Origin: Dicyema japonicum
Lineage: Eukaryota > Animalia > Dicyemida
NCBI GenBank assembly: GCA_011109175.1
Contig: RDEW01000071.1
Coordinates: 71,632-135,631, forward strand
Direction: 5' to 3'
Length of the DNA stretch: 64,000 nt
A program made the position numbers and the translations under genes. Below the pieces are notes generated by a model. The model was not told the origin of the DNA, did no database searches, and worked only from the letters and a program-made list of their open reading frames with translations. Positions within the stretch are counted from its first letter, which is position 1. Every line of letters starts with the position of its first letter. This document shows positions 1-11,599 of the stretch, one piece after another.

Positions 1-129
1 ACCGTTTTCTAACGTGAAGTAGTTATATTAAAATTTTAGATTTTAACTTAAAATTCACTTAAAATGCGTTTATAAAATTGAATAAAATAACATTTTAATA
101 TATGATTTAGCCTCTACGATGTAATTCTG

Positions 130-560
130 ACTATACGAGCGTGTTTCGCTCACAATTTGAGAGGGATAGCCTATCTGTTCAGACGTACTCATTCACTTGA
201 TCGTACGGATTAATGTTTTTATTGTACTAAGGGTAACAAAATGCTAGTTGATGGTATCTAGTTGTTGGAAATTATTTTTCTTAATTCTCGTATATTCTTA
301 AATTTTATTATCGTTATTGGGAGGCCTTCCATCATCGATTTGTATGAAAATGCGATCAATTAGCCTTCTACCTCCATACTATGTCTACTTAATTTTCTAT
401 CAAAGATTCATGCACAACGGAAAGAGAGGTACTTGAGTCCTATAATCTTCAAAGTATCGAATGCAAAAGACTTGAGAAAATTATCTCTCGAGTTCCCGTA
501 TTGTTTTCTTTGAGAGTTCCCGCAGAGTTCTACTAATTAAAAGATCATTTAATTATTTTA
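130..560 (-). mobile_element. Possible Penelope-like RT remnant, heavily degraded
   Basis: Broken frames give ..FRYFEDYRTQVPL.. and ..RIFIQIDDGRPP.., loosely resembling PLE RT motifs (SFDVxSLFTxVP; YxQxxGxxMG). Weak. Confidence 0.25.
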
Positions 561-1101
561 TCAATAAAATAAAATTAATTAAAAGAGCGTATTGTTGATA
601 GAATGTTAACAATGTCACATTTGCTTTTAAAAGAAGGTATATTCATAAGAATGACAAGTATGTAGAGTTCATTTTATGATTATTTGCTAATATCACCAAT
701 TTTTGAAATCTTGTATTTGCTCTGAGGGTTGATGTGATAAATATACATGAATTACAACCAACTGAGATTAAAGAGTTAGATCACCATACTTAGTTATAAA
801 GTATATTCTCCACAAACTGTACAACTTGAAACTAATCTTCCCAATGCTCTTCATATTGTCAAATTTCCATGACTTATTCTATCCCAAAAAAGAAAATAAA
901 AATGTTTTCAATTTCATGTTACGGATAATAACAAATATAACAATTTAGTGAATAATGAAATTATCTTTAATCAATATTGATTTTAATTATTTCACAATAT
1001 TGGATAATCTTATTATGTATGATAGAAACATTATATAATTATCTCATGTTTGGAATCTAGTAATGAGTATGAATACTGAAAAATGAATAAATTTTCAACA
1101 T

Positions 1102-1293
1102 CTAGGAGAAAGTGTTACCGGGAAGTAAATACTGTGACGATAAGTTTTTCTTTTTTATATAAAGATATTTTTGGACTGAAACAATATATCCTCCAGTATC
1201 AATAGTTGCTTTGTATGGAAATATTAAAGGTTCGTGTATTTCATTTGAATATTTGAAAGTGAGAAATATTATAATAATCGTTACTATGTGCAT
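1102..1293 (-). CDS. Possible first exon of a secreted protein
   Basis: MHIVTIIIIFLTFKYS is signal-peptide-like; downstream exons could not be resolved. Confidence 0.3.
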   Translation of the reverse strand: MHIVTIIIIFLTFKYSNEIHEPLIFPYKATIDTGGYIVSVQKYLYIKKKNLSSQYLLPGNTFS

Positions 1294-1624
1294 GGTTTAT
1301 GGAACCGGTTTTTTTGCTCTTTAATCCACCCTTGATGTCATGAATCTTTATGTTTACTAATGTTTAAATTGTTTAGTTTAATTGTTTTCGTTATGTGAAA
1401 TAAATAATTGTTTTAATTTTATCTCTACAACCGCAAATAAGCAAATATTATTTATATTAAATGTTACGTAATAAATATTATGTAATTAATATTTAATAAT
1501 TTTATCGATTAAATAAATTACAGTTATTTTTAAATGATGATAATTTCTCGGGGTTACAACGGTTGTCTTTCTTGCCTTAAGTATTATTATTAATAGCACT
1601 TTCAAAGAACCAAAAATGTAATTT

Positions 1625-1950
1625 ATTTAATTGAGGTTCCGCTTGTGCCGTATTTTTCTTCAGGTTATTTTTTTCCCACAATTCTCTTGACCAACTTCCT
1701 CCATGCTCCGCGGTTACAGGCAGTTATTCCGAGCGTATCCAGATCATCTCCAGTTTTCAGCTTTCGTCCTACATTGGTCAGGTCCTTGTGTAGAACCTCT
1801 GGCAAAGTTATGCGAGGTCTTCCACGGAACGAGGTATTCACTTCTGGGCAGAAATAGTTATCCATTGCTATTTTAGCAGGCGTCATTAGGCTCATTCGAA
1901 GGATGTGACCAAACAGACGCCATCTTGATTGCCTCAAGAAGCTCATGGAA
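1625..1950 (-). mobile_element. RTE-clade LINE, 5'-truncated 3' end
   Basis: RWRLFGHILRM..AMDNYF..FRGRPRITLP..LKTGDDLD..NRGAW, the same C-terminus as the RTE copies at 6950, 28848, 32330 and 60175. Confidence 0.85.
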
Positions 1951-3013
1951 ATTCAAGAGTTACTTCACTAAATAATGTTGAATAAATGCATTGGTATATG
2001 CCGGATTTCTCAATGCTGTAATCACTGAGCTGGACCGATAAACGATCAGGGATATAGTTTATTTTTTAGTAAATTTGGTTGAAGTCGAGACAATCTTTGG
2101 CCCTAGGCAGATCATAGTCAGATATTGATTTTAATTTGGTAGAAATACGATTGCTCAAAAATGCAATAAATTTTTAGAAAAAGTTCATATTCCTAGGTAT
2201 TAGTCTACCATTTTCAATAAAATTGGTAGCATCGAAACATAATATTGCCATAACTACACACATGGACCGTGACAACGTAGAATTAGAATATGTAGAAGAT
2301 TAGTCATTCCAAAAAAGCTAAGCCAATTGAGATCAACCATTGAGTTTCGCGGACATTCATGGCTTCTGAGTGTGGCAAGATATCCCAGGCGTAAATTCCA
2401 CGATTTAAGAAGACGCTAAAATAAATTCTTTTTTAAGTTGTGACTTTAGTGCTTCGGTGAAACAATTATGACCATGGGTGTCTTCTAACGCACCACAAAA
2501 GAGTAATCAACGCTCCAGAGGAAACATAACCTTAGCATGAGCCCACACAAGTACTTACTGGATGCTCATTGTTGAGAGGGCATGCTAGTCGGTTTTATGG
2601 ATTAGGGAATTTAGAGGCATTAGAGAGGAGTTTTTCTCAGAAGTCGATCGGTCTGCAACGTTGAATGTTATTTTTTACAAGCATCAATTATCACATCGGG
2701 TTCATTTGGGATATCAACGCTAAAATTCCAATTTCAACTAAGGAATCGAATTTTTGCGAATCTCACTCGCAATAATTAGCTGGAACAGCCACGCAGTCTG
2801 AGTGACTACCATACGTATCGCCCTCGGATTGATAGTTTAACGATTACTAATAAAGTGGTTAACTCGGGGTCGGACTGTATTCACTCATTTTTCTAATGTC
2901 TTCTAAGACAATTAAAGTAAAAAAGCGATTCACCTAAAAATTATAAAGTTAAAAAATAACTTTATTTTTTCATTCATTTAATTAGTGATATTTTTGACAT
3001 CCATTCTGAAAAA

Positions 3014-3242
3014 CACGTGGCGCCATGTGGTGCTACGTGGATAGTTTGTCAAAATTATTTTCCTTCTGATGGCGTCATTGGATCCACCTTACTGAAAAGG
3101 CGCCAATGCCTGCCCGGCATCAAGAGGATCCAACAATTCTTCCCGGGACAACGTCGTTACTTGGTGACAAGTTCTGGAATGCTGGAACGAGTCAGGATCT
3201 AGGAGTTAGTTAGTTTGGTTACCCTTGGTCTTTGGAAATAAT
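3014..3242 (+). mobile_element. Pseudoknot-core SINE-like element, copy A
   Basis: 5' hairpin CACGTGGCGCCA-TG-TGGTGCTACGTG, structured core 3071-3131, LINE-like 3' tail AGTTAGTTTGGTTACCCTTGGTCTTTGG+AAATAAT. Homologous to 10930, 14605, 15003 and 51168. Confidence 0.8.
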
Positions 3243-3259
3243 TTTAATTTAATCCGAAC

Positions 3260-4030
3260 ATGCTATGCCTGGAAATTTTCTTAACTGGCCGATGTGGAAG
3301 TTTACTCAAGACACTATGCTTTTATCTTACGCGGAAGACCTGATTATCGCTCATCAAAAGGTGACTGTGAAAGGTACAAATCTCCTTCCAGGGCTGTGGT
3401 TATGGTTCAGTCACACCTCAACCATGTCTGTGACTGCTATCAGTGAATTTGCTGTCTGCATCCAAGTCTCAGTTCACTATATTTCTAGGACAGGAGATTT
3501 ATAGGTGGACTTGAGATTTTCCTAGGAAATATTCACATTCCTTATAAACAAATCCAGAAGATCCTTGGAGTTACACTCGACTCTCTTATGATGTTCTCCA
3601 TTCACAAGGAGATAGTGTTAACAAGGGTCTTTGAAAATGTAACTACCTAAAAGCTATAATAATGAAAGCCCCTTTCCACCTACTGCTTTTGTCATCAAAC
3701 TATTTCTTCAAGTTATTTTCCAACGATTAAATATGTCTGTTCTGCTTGGAGATTCGTTCTTCCTTCTAAGAGGTATCTACAAAGAGCGATAAAATCTATT
3801 CAGAGAAAGGTCGGCCAATGTGGAGGAATTAGACCGGCAATTAAAAGTGCACGCCGTTAGAATTCCTCTGCAGCCATAAAAGAAGACACTTCAGGATTGG
3901 AGTTTGATCGCTAGCAAAGTATTTACAGAAAATTCGAGAGATGCTGGAGGCTTGGATCATTTAATTAGTGAGTTAATACTTTTTTGGTAGTCTTGGGGTT
4001 TTAAAATAAATAAAAAATAAAATAATAAGT
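3260..4030 (+). mobile_element. Jockey/I-like LINE 3' fragment, degraded
   Basis: LLSYAEDLIIA resembles the RT YADD motif of the 22.5-25.1 kb LINE; ends GGATC..TTAGTGAGTT..GGTAGTCTTGGGG + A/AAT-rich tail. Confidence 0.7.
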
Positions 4031-4339
4031 GATATTTAAATTTTTAAATAATTTTTAAATAAACACGTTTATCTTGTATGTCCAGAATTGTTATAAAAGA
4101 AAATGTTATTGTATAAGAATATCCATAGGAATTCTACGTTTTAAAAGACTGTGAATTTTACAGTAGATTATGCTCAACGACAGTGAAATGCACCAAAATA
4201 AATTTTGTTAACCTTCTCAGAGAATCAAAAAACAAATTTCTAAATTACATTAACATTTGTTATATGGGCGCTATTCCAGAGTTACACAGTCTACAATTGA
4301 CCAAACTGAAGTGAATCATTGGGATCTTAACTCATGAGA

Positions 4340-4490
4340 GAGATTTAATTAAATCAGATTTCTTCTAAGCAAATAACATTGAAGGTCTCTTCTGAAACAG
4401 TAGAAACTGGATACACTTAATTAGTTATTTACTGTTAACTTCTTTCCCGTTGTATTATGGATTAATTAATTTTAAATATTATTGATTATA
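4340..4490 (+). mobile_element. 3' half of the SINE subtype seen at 15003/51168
   Basis: GAAACTGGATACACTTAATTAGTTATTTACTGTTAACTT matches 15245-15280 GAAACTGGATGCACTTAATTAATTGTTTACTTTAACTT. Confidence 0.6.
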
Positions 4491-4679
4491 TTAAGAATAA
4501 AGGAATTCTTAACACGGTTACCAAAGATTAATTCAAATACAGTAATCTACATAAGATTTTTCTACATTTCGAATAAATACTCTAAATTCCATTCAACTGC
4601 ATTAACACTATTTTTAAAACGAATAACATTAGAATTTGGCTATACTTAAGTGACGAATATTGAATTTGGGAATGATGAC

Positions 4680-5560
4680 TAAATTTTTGTTATCTAACCC
4701 GAAAAGGAAACACCAAGAAAGAAGGAGTTAAACCATCTAGTTAGTGATCCCGGTAGATCTCTAAAGGATCGAGAGCTTTTTGGTGCGCTCTATTGCACCC
4801 AACTTTCCTAAATCCACGACGTTCCGCTTTTATGAGAATTTGTAAAAGGGTGGGTTTTTTTCCGAATTTTCGTGAATCGGCGGCTTCTATCGGTGATTGG
4901 TAGAAGCGCTCGGGTGATGAAACAGAAACCATTGTTCCGGGTTTCCGCGTTGTCGAATAAAGGGGGAATAGTAGAACAGATAAATTGGTTATGAGGACCA
5001 TTTTTGCTCTTAGGGAATTTATTTTGTAAAGTTTAAAATTGAAATTCCGTAAGCCCAGGAGGCACAGATATGCTCAACCGTCGGCTTCAAGAACTGGTAG
5101 TATGAGACGGAAACGAATTTCTGTGACGGCTGGACCTTGAGTTTAGAAAGGTTTTGATGACGTAAGTTTCCGGAGGCCCTCGCCAGAACGTCCTTTTACG
5201 TGAGACTAAAGTTCTGATTTTGCCATATCTACGTATCTATTTCTGCTTGCAATAATTAAATCGTCAGTGTATGTGAGAAGTATTGAATCAGACCCTCCTG
5301 GGCAGTGTAAGTCATTCAAGAATAAGTTAAAAAGGGGTGATTCCTGAGGACATCATTGGTAAGAAAATAGGTAATCCTTTGTTTTAAAGTCGTATGAATG
5401 GATGTGTTGAAGACCTTTTTCGTTAGTAGGATTCTCGGGACTGAATCAAACGTCATTTGGAAGTCTAACGAGACTAGTAATGTCCGTAGATGCCGTTTAG
5501 ATTCGAATAGGAAATTTCGGTAGGAAATTGTTAATTTATTTTATCTATTTCCCTAAAATT
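4680..5560 (-). mobile_element. Jockey/I-like LINE RT 3' part with internal deletions
   Basis: RTLLVSLDFQMTFDSVPR..FNLFLNDL..LLTYTDDLIIA..YYQFLKPTVEHICASW..TGIT followed by the family-type 3' UTR. Confidence 0.75.
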
Positions 5561-6000
5561 CGATGCTTATTTCTGTTGACTACCAATAAAAATTTCATAT
5601 TCTCTGACCTCAACCATAAATGAAGAAATCTTATCTTTCGAAATCGGCTTACATTTACTGACAATGTTCGGAGATTTTCTTAATATTTTTGGATAAAATT
5701 TGTCGTGAAATAAATACTTTTAATTATTTGGATTTCCGTCATTGTCATGGAATAAAATTATTTTTTTAAATAACCTGGACATATCAGAAATAGGTTTTAT
5801 ACAGTTCCCTTGGTTGAAGTGGGACGAACCTTTCCACCATCGAATCTACCCATCATTATGGTGCTCCTACACTCTAACAAAAAAGAGAAAGACACTTTTT
5901 TGATTCCAGCTAAGTATTTGGCGTCTCCGAGTTAGGAGGATACAATTACTCCTCTAAATATAGAAGGCAGAGACCGGTGATAAAATCTTTCAACCAAGCA

Positions 6001-6070
6001 GGTAGGGTTGTTGGAATCGAACCCACAGCTAAATGCGACTCGAACATTTTTACTAACCTCTACGCAACTA
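6001..6070 (-). pseudogene. tRNA-like relic
   Basis: Perfect B-box GGTTCGATTCC, GTTG/CAAC acceptor-like pairing and AAATG/CATTT stem, but poor D-arm and 9-nt anticodon loop. Confidence 0.3.
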
Positions 6071-6117
6071 AAATTACTTTATCTAGATTTTTAAATCTAT
6101 TTTCAATATAGAAATCA

Positions 6118-6950
6118 TGTTGCGAGCCACAGACGTTACCTTTGACAACTAAAATCAATGTCTCTCATTGTCAAAAAATTTCAAAACAAAAATTAACTAA
6201 TTATTGATAATTATCTTTTTAAGGCGTTTAGAATGCACCATCTTCACAATTCCCTCACAATCTTTAACATTGACAAAATTGTGGGACAATTTTGCAACAA
6301 TAGTGACAGCATCTACGTAGGGATGCTCAAACCTTTGCAGACGTAGTGAAGGATTAGTTTTATAGTCCTTCTGAATACGAACCTTTTAAGTAATTATAAA
6401 TTGAATATCTCCAATGTTAAATTGGATATTTCGATTGATGCACTCCCATCTTTTTATTCATTTTTAAAGGAAATTCAAGTCTACCCAAGAAAATCAAATT
6501 TGTAATCACCTTTTCTGTAAAATTATAGACAAAAAACCTTTACGTTTCGGGGCTGTCTTTACCGTCTGGCTCTGTTAATTCAGCAAATATTATCCACACT
6601 TTCCAGGTTGTCTTCACCGTCTGTCTCCGTTACAGTATTTTTCACAATGGTGTTGTAGCCCGGAATCCCTCGATATCTCTGAAACGGACTAACACCTACA
6701 AAAAAATAAAAGCACAAATTTACCAGTGGATGAGTGAGGCGTTCGATTGTATAAAAACACAGTTTTTCGAATGTGCTTTATCCACTCTTTCTTGTCATCC
6801 GAAGCCATCATTTTCGATAAACTCACTGAGATCGTCTGATTGAATCTTTTAACAATCTCTTGACTCTTGGATTGTTGGTTCGTCATGAATTTGAATAATT
6901 CTGTACTCTTGACAGAGTTTTTTGATATGGTAATTCTTGAACTCCGTGCC
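6118..6950 (-). mobile_element. Intron-containing Gypsy-like DDE integrase remnant (Ginger-like DNA transposon)
   Basis: QSQEIVKRFNQT..W..FLYNRTPHSSTG|VSPF is restored by removing a 28-nt GT-AG intron (6723-6696). Downstream FNIGD..KVRI..HPY..VHSKRLKK C-terminal domain; element end reads ..TCGCAACA (TGT at 6118 on +). Confidence 0.7.
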
Positions 6951-7502
6951 ATTGTCTGATTGCAAGTATTTACAATTTCGTGTCAGACTACACAACACGT
7001 TTATAAAGCCAATACTGATATACAATTCCGGAACATGGGAAACCTCAAAAAACGATTTAGAGAGGCTAGATTTGTTCCACAGTAGCCAATTGCGTAAATT
7101 GACAGGAATCTATTGGCCGATAAAAATCTCAAACGAGAAACTATATGCTCTATGTAAATCTACACCAATTTGCATGGACGTTATTCTATCGAGATGGCAA
7201 CTATTTAGACATATTCTCAGACTGGACCCGACTACGCCGTGTAACAGAATAATGGAAGAATATTTCTACTGCGCCGAAAGTCACGGATTTTGAGGCAGAT
7301 CATGAAATGATCTTCCAATTTGCTTAAAAGATGATTACTAAACAATCGATTATAAATTGGTGACAGCAGACGACCTGGATGATGTTCGAATGAGGGCCAG
7401 AAACAAGATGGCGTGGGCGAGGATAACGAAGAGGATGGCTGAAAGCATGGATCAGGCGAAACCCTTTTAAGGCTGCGCGAAGGAGCTTATTAACTAACTA
7501 AC
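6950..7502 (+). mobile_element. RTE-clade LINE 3' fragment
   Basis: RLHNTFIKPILIYNSGTW..RWQLFRHILRL..; (TAAC)n tail at 7490-7502. Confidence 0.9.
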
Positions 7503-7539
7503 GCCTCATCTCTGAGCGACGTTCTTCGCGGAGTATCCT

Positions 7540-8500
7540 GGTGAAGATCCCCAAGGTTGTATGCCCTGTCGCTTCGGAGGCACTTTCCAATACGATCGAA
7601 GATGCCTCCAAACAAGCGCTACATTGACTGGGTGCGCCTACTCAGTTTTGCGCCTTCCGCATTGGGACCTGATCGAGATAGTCACGGAAAGAAGTCTCTT
7701 ACTGCCGCCATGAAGATCAGGATTCGTTCTTAAATGGAAGGAACCCATATCCCCATTTGCCTCACATCTTATAACCATACGTGGAGACACATAGCCCGAA
7801 CAAGAAAGTGGAAATGCTACGTCTCAAGAGAACTGTTCGCTAGAAGTTATTCGAAGTGGTATCTGCGTTTTCCGCCTTACAACCTACACCGAGTCGCTCC
7901 CCAGAGGACACCCAGATACTGTCTTCAAGGAATTGGAGGTGATAATTACAGCCAGGTCATCTATTCTGGAATTAAATTGCAGAAATGCGAAATCTACAAT
8001 GTGGACTTGCAGAAGAGAAGTATTCAAAAGTGTGTCACCTTTCGCGAATTTACAACCTGGACGTATTTCCACGCTAGATGAAGACCTTATATTCCTCAGA
8101 TCTCCAATCACCATGCGTGCAATTGGGAGAGCTATACGGGAAAACAACTATTACGTAGAAAAACAGTTTATGCCTACTTGATGTGCATACATAATTATTC
8201 CTCATAAGAACAGCCTCAACGTACAGAGGCTTGCATATTTCCTGAGGACTGCTCCCTATTTCCCTCAGTATGACCAACTCGCATAGATTAACGAGATCTT
8301 CCGTTCGATAGCAGAACGTATCTTCAACTTCCGATTTGAGGATTATTCATGGAAGTAGAACATATTGCTGCTAAGACTCGGAGTGCTTAGAATCCGTAAC
8401 CATGTAACATTTATCTCCCTGCATATATCTGGTCATTAATGGCCTGTAACACCCTTGTCAAGAGATTCTACACTCCTTCCCTGAATTCTGTAATGAATGG
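7540..8500 (+). mobile_element. Degraded R2/NeSL-like (RLE) retroelement C-terminal region
   Basis: ..ITMRAIGRAIRENNYYVEK.. resembles the RHN..I..L...GY.V..E segment before the RLE domain; multiple frameshifts. Confidence 0.35.
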
Positions 8501-8599
8501 AAGCCGGTCATGATAGAGAGGCCTGGAGTCGTATCTATCGGTTTCCCTACCTTCCATGTTCTCTAAGATGGGATATGAATGATTCTATATGTCGGAAGT

Positions 8600-9330
8600 C
8601 TTATAAGAGCTGCTAGTGTCATCTAAGCAACAAATACGTGCCTATTTGTTGTGGGGCGTCTTCCGAGAACGGTGCCTAGCTCCACGCCATTGGTAATGGA
8701 GTATTGGGCATCTTTCAGAGTGAAAATGCGTCCATATTAGGATCTCTTTACGCCTAGGATTAAAAGTCTGTGTAACGCATCCGGGCCGATGCAAAGACTA
8801 GATCGACTGTTTTGGCCTACACTTTCTCTCCTGCAGAAAAGTGCAGGCAAATTTTCCAGACAAATGACTTTGAAAGTAGTCGTTAGGCGAGCTTTAGATG
8901 CCGCCGGACAGCCCTCCATGCTCGAACCAGTCGTCTCTGACGAAAAAACGAAAACGATCAGATGGTATTATTATCTTCCCTTTTGAAACCGGGAAACCTT
9001 TTTTCCTTGACGTCACTTGCACCGACACGTTTGCCCCTGAAGCCTACCCCAGAATGCCTCTGGAGTCTGTTCTGCCGCTGAGAAAGCCGAGAGGTTAAAA
9101 CGAGAAATGTAAAAGGTACTACCCAATGATATTTTGATGTCCCAACGCAGTTAAGACGTCTAGTTCCTTTGCGACTGCAACGCTGGAATTCTTGAGTCGT
9201 CTACGGAATCGGATTTCTACACGATCAAAAGACCCTTGTGAGCGCTTCTGGTTATTTGAGCAAATCTCTCTCGCCATCTTAAAAGGGAATAGCCACACAG
9301 TCACTGCAGCCGCCATATGAACATTTGCTC
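8600..9330 (+). mobile_element. CRE-like RLE retroelement 3' fragment
   Basis: RRALDAAGQPSMLEP..RSDGI..GKPFFLDVTCTDTF..TLEFLSRL..ERFWLFEQISLAILKGN; same family as 35750-38330. Confidence 0.8.
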
Positions 9331-9439
9331 AGTTTTTACCACAATAATTCGACAAAAATAAAAAAATATAGACTATTGTATTGGATATAAATGATATTTT
9401 TATATTTTAAATGAAATTATGAGTGATTTATTTAAACCA

Positions 9440-10890
9440 TTAAATTCATTTAAACCAAAAGTATTCGATTATGGGAAGGAAATCTGTTTTTATTTTGTCC
9501 ACGTGAAAGTTAAAAATAGCCAGATATACGCCATTTTTTGCCTCATCCATATTTATAAGCTAATACTTTTATCCCTTTTTAGTCCCATAACCGACAACAG
9601 ACATAACATGATTATATTTAAAATTTAAACAATTTCTGATATGGAATATTCTTAAAACGTTTTATTACCTCGTACATAATGTGGAATAAAAAACAATCAA
9701 AAACGACAGTAACAGGACCAACATTAATGAGAACATCCATAAGCATTTGTTCATCACCATTATTGATTCTTTTATAGCCATTTTAAATTTAATATCTGAT
9801 TAACCCTCATATTTAAATTTACCCACCTATAGAGTTATTTGTAGAAACAATTACCTTATATGAATATCGTTTATTCGTTTTTTAACATAATCATACATTT
9901 GTGATGGTGATCCACCGCCATCCATAATGATTTGCACAATCAACCATATTTTGTTCACTCATAGATATAAGAATTTTGCGTTTAATTGCCGAGTGTGACT
10001 CCATATAGCCAACTAAATGCGTTAAACATAACTGCTCCAAATGTATAGCAAGACATACACTTTAGCTTTAACTACTTTATTAGCAAGGAAAAATTAAAGA
10101 GGGAGTTATTTGGCCCATGGCGCAAGTCCTGCTAACGCTTGGACTATTCTCTTGATCTCAGGCCCCTTTTATCGTTTATTCTGTGCTGCAACATACGAGT
10201 CAATGATGGCATCTTTTTTCAAATAGTTTTCCATCCTTTTTACTGCTGAATCTCTTATCGACATTACTAGCAAATTTTCATCTTCATTTATCTTCTCGTC
10301 GAGCTTTTGTGTAGGGCAATCTTGATCCCTGTTCTCGATTTTTTAAGAAGCAAGATAAAACGCTCTTTGTATGCAATGTAATACCATCCTTTCAGTCCAT
10401 AGTGATGGAATGATCGTACATGAAAAAATAAATAACAACATATCTGTTTTGAGCCTCAATTCCCTCATATACAATAACACATGGTGGGTATTCTTCCTTT
10501 TGAGTCTAAAATCGCACAATGTGCTCCCAGGTTTCTCAAAAGCTGTTCCGAGATACTTCAGGGAGCTCACAAGACATACAAGACCTTCCTTGATTTTTTA
10601 TAGTAGTAACAAAGTTTCGTTTTACCCAACTAAAATATCTCGAATATTTTTATTATTATGCACTGTATAACCATCAAGTAATTCTTCCATAAATGTATTA
10701 TTAGAATAAGTATTAAACGTGAATTTGCTTGGTTTGCTAAATTCTCTTGTCTACAAAAATATATGGTAAATAAACAAAGTCAGCAAACTGATTAATTCTC
10801 AATTCATACAAATATTTTCCTTGGTTAAAAAGTAGATTGTAGTTGTCAATCAATTTAAGTTTTCAGTAAAAATAGAAACATTTTCATTTT
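9440..10890 (-). pseudogene. Cathepsin L-like (papain C1A) pseudogene
   Basis: Prodomain ..N..L..YN..QG..INQFADF|T (25-nt intron 10775-10751); VTTIKNQGRSCMSCYTFGA (catalytic Cys); SMSEQNMVDC; GGGS; GPVTV; NHVMSVVGYGT (catalytic His). In-frame stops near 9570 and 9561, NSWG motif lost, frameshifts and a LINE insertion. Confidence 0.85.
10060..10569 (-). mobile_element. 5'-truncated LINE 3' fragment inserted in the cathepsin gene
   Basis: Flanked by an exact 11-bp direct repeat CAAGACATACA (10049-10059 and 10570-10580); begins LKYLGTAF, resembling the RT KYLG motif. Confidence 0.7.
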
Positions 10891-10929
10891 AATTAATTCA
10901 GTTTATTTTTTATTTGAATATTTAAAAAA

Positions 10930-11112
10930 ATTATTTCCAAAGACCAATGGTAACCAAACTAACTAACTCCTCAATCCTGATTCGTTCTAGCATTCCAGAA
11001 CTTGTCATTAGGTAACGACGTTGTCCCCGAGAAGAATTGTTGGATCCTCTTAATGCCGGCCAGGCATTGGGCGCCTCCTCAGTAAAGTGGATCCAGTGAC
11101 GCCATCGAAAAA
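10930..11112 (-). mobile_element. Pseudoknot-core SINE-like element, copy B (5' hairpin missing)
   Basis: Reverse complement aligns closely with 3065-3242; core at 11042-11103. Confidence 0.85.
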
Positions 11113-11169
11113 TAATTTTTTCATAAAAAGTTTATAATACAGTCCCAATAAAAATAACTAATTTTAAAT

Positions 11170-11280
11170 AATCAAGGAGCATCGAGAAAAGATGGCCCGA
11201 TAATTGAGAGATGCCGGGATCACCTAAATATTAGTTAGTTATTAAGACGGTATTTCTTTGGCTTAAAAAATAATAGATGC
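11170..11280 (+). mobile_element. 3' tip of Jockey/I-like LINE
   Basis: GAGCATCGAGAAAAGATGGCCCGA..GATGCCGGGATCACCT..AAGACGGTATTTCTTTGG closely matches 49715-49805. Confidence 0.8.
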
Positions 11281-11599
11281 TTCTTCCGAGAGCCGTCAGA
11301 TTGGAACTCATCGTTTACAATGTGGAAATCATTGTCTGGCCAGTACACTCGAAAAGGTGATTTGTCATTCATTATGTGAACATGAAAGACAAAGTGATGA
11401 CTATGCCTCCTTAATTTTGTATAAGTAGGCATTGAGACCCCACGTGGTTATCAAGCGTATTTCAATAGCAACCTGGGTATTCAAAATTTCTATATTAAAA
11501 TTAATTTTGTAGTTTTTTATAAATAAATAATAAAAAACAAAATTATTATTAATGATTTTTTGTGAACTTGTTTGAGTTGGTGACATGGCTCTGCTACAC

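Noticed and set aside
2080-2900. Possible integrase remnant
   Set aside because: Too degraded; no diagnostic motif could be read with confidence.
3060-3135. Hammerhead or twister ribozyme in the SINE core (CTGATGG, CTGAGGA, AATGCCGG..TAAAGTGGA)
   Set aside because: No CTGANGA..GAAA..NUH arrangement with flanking stems and no twister L4/T1 (UCCYAAGC..GAGGG) elements; these words are not conserved among copies.
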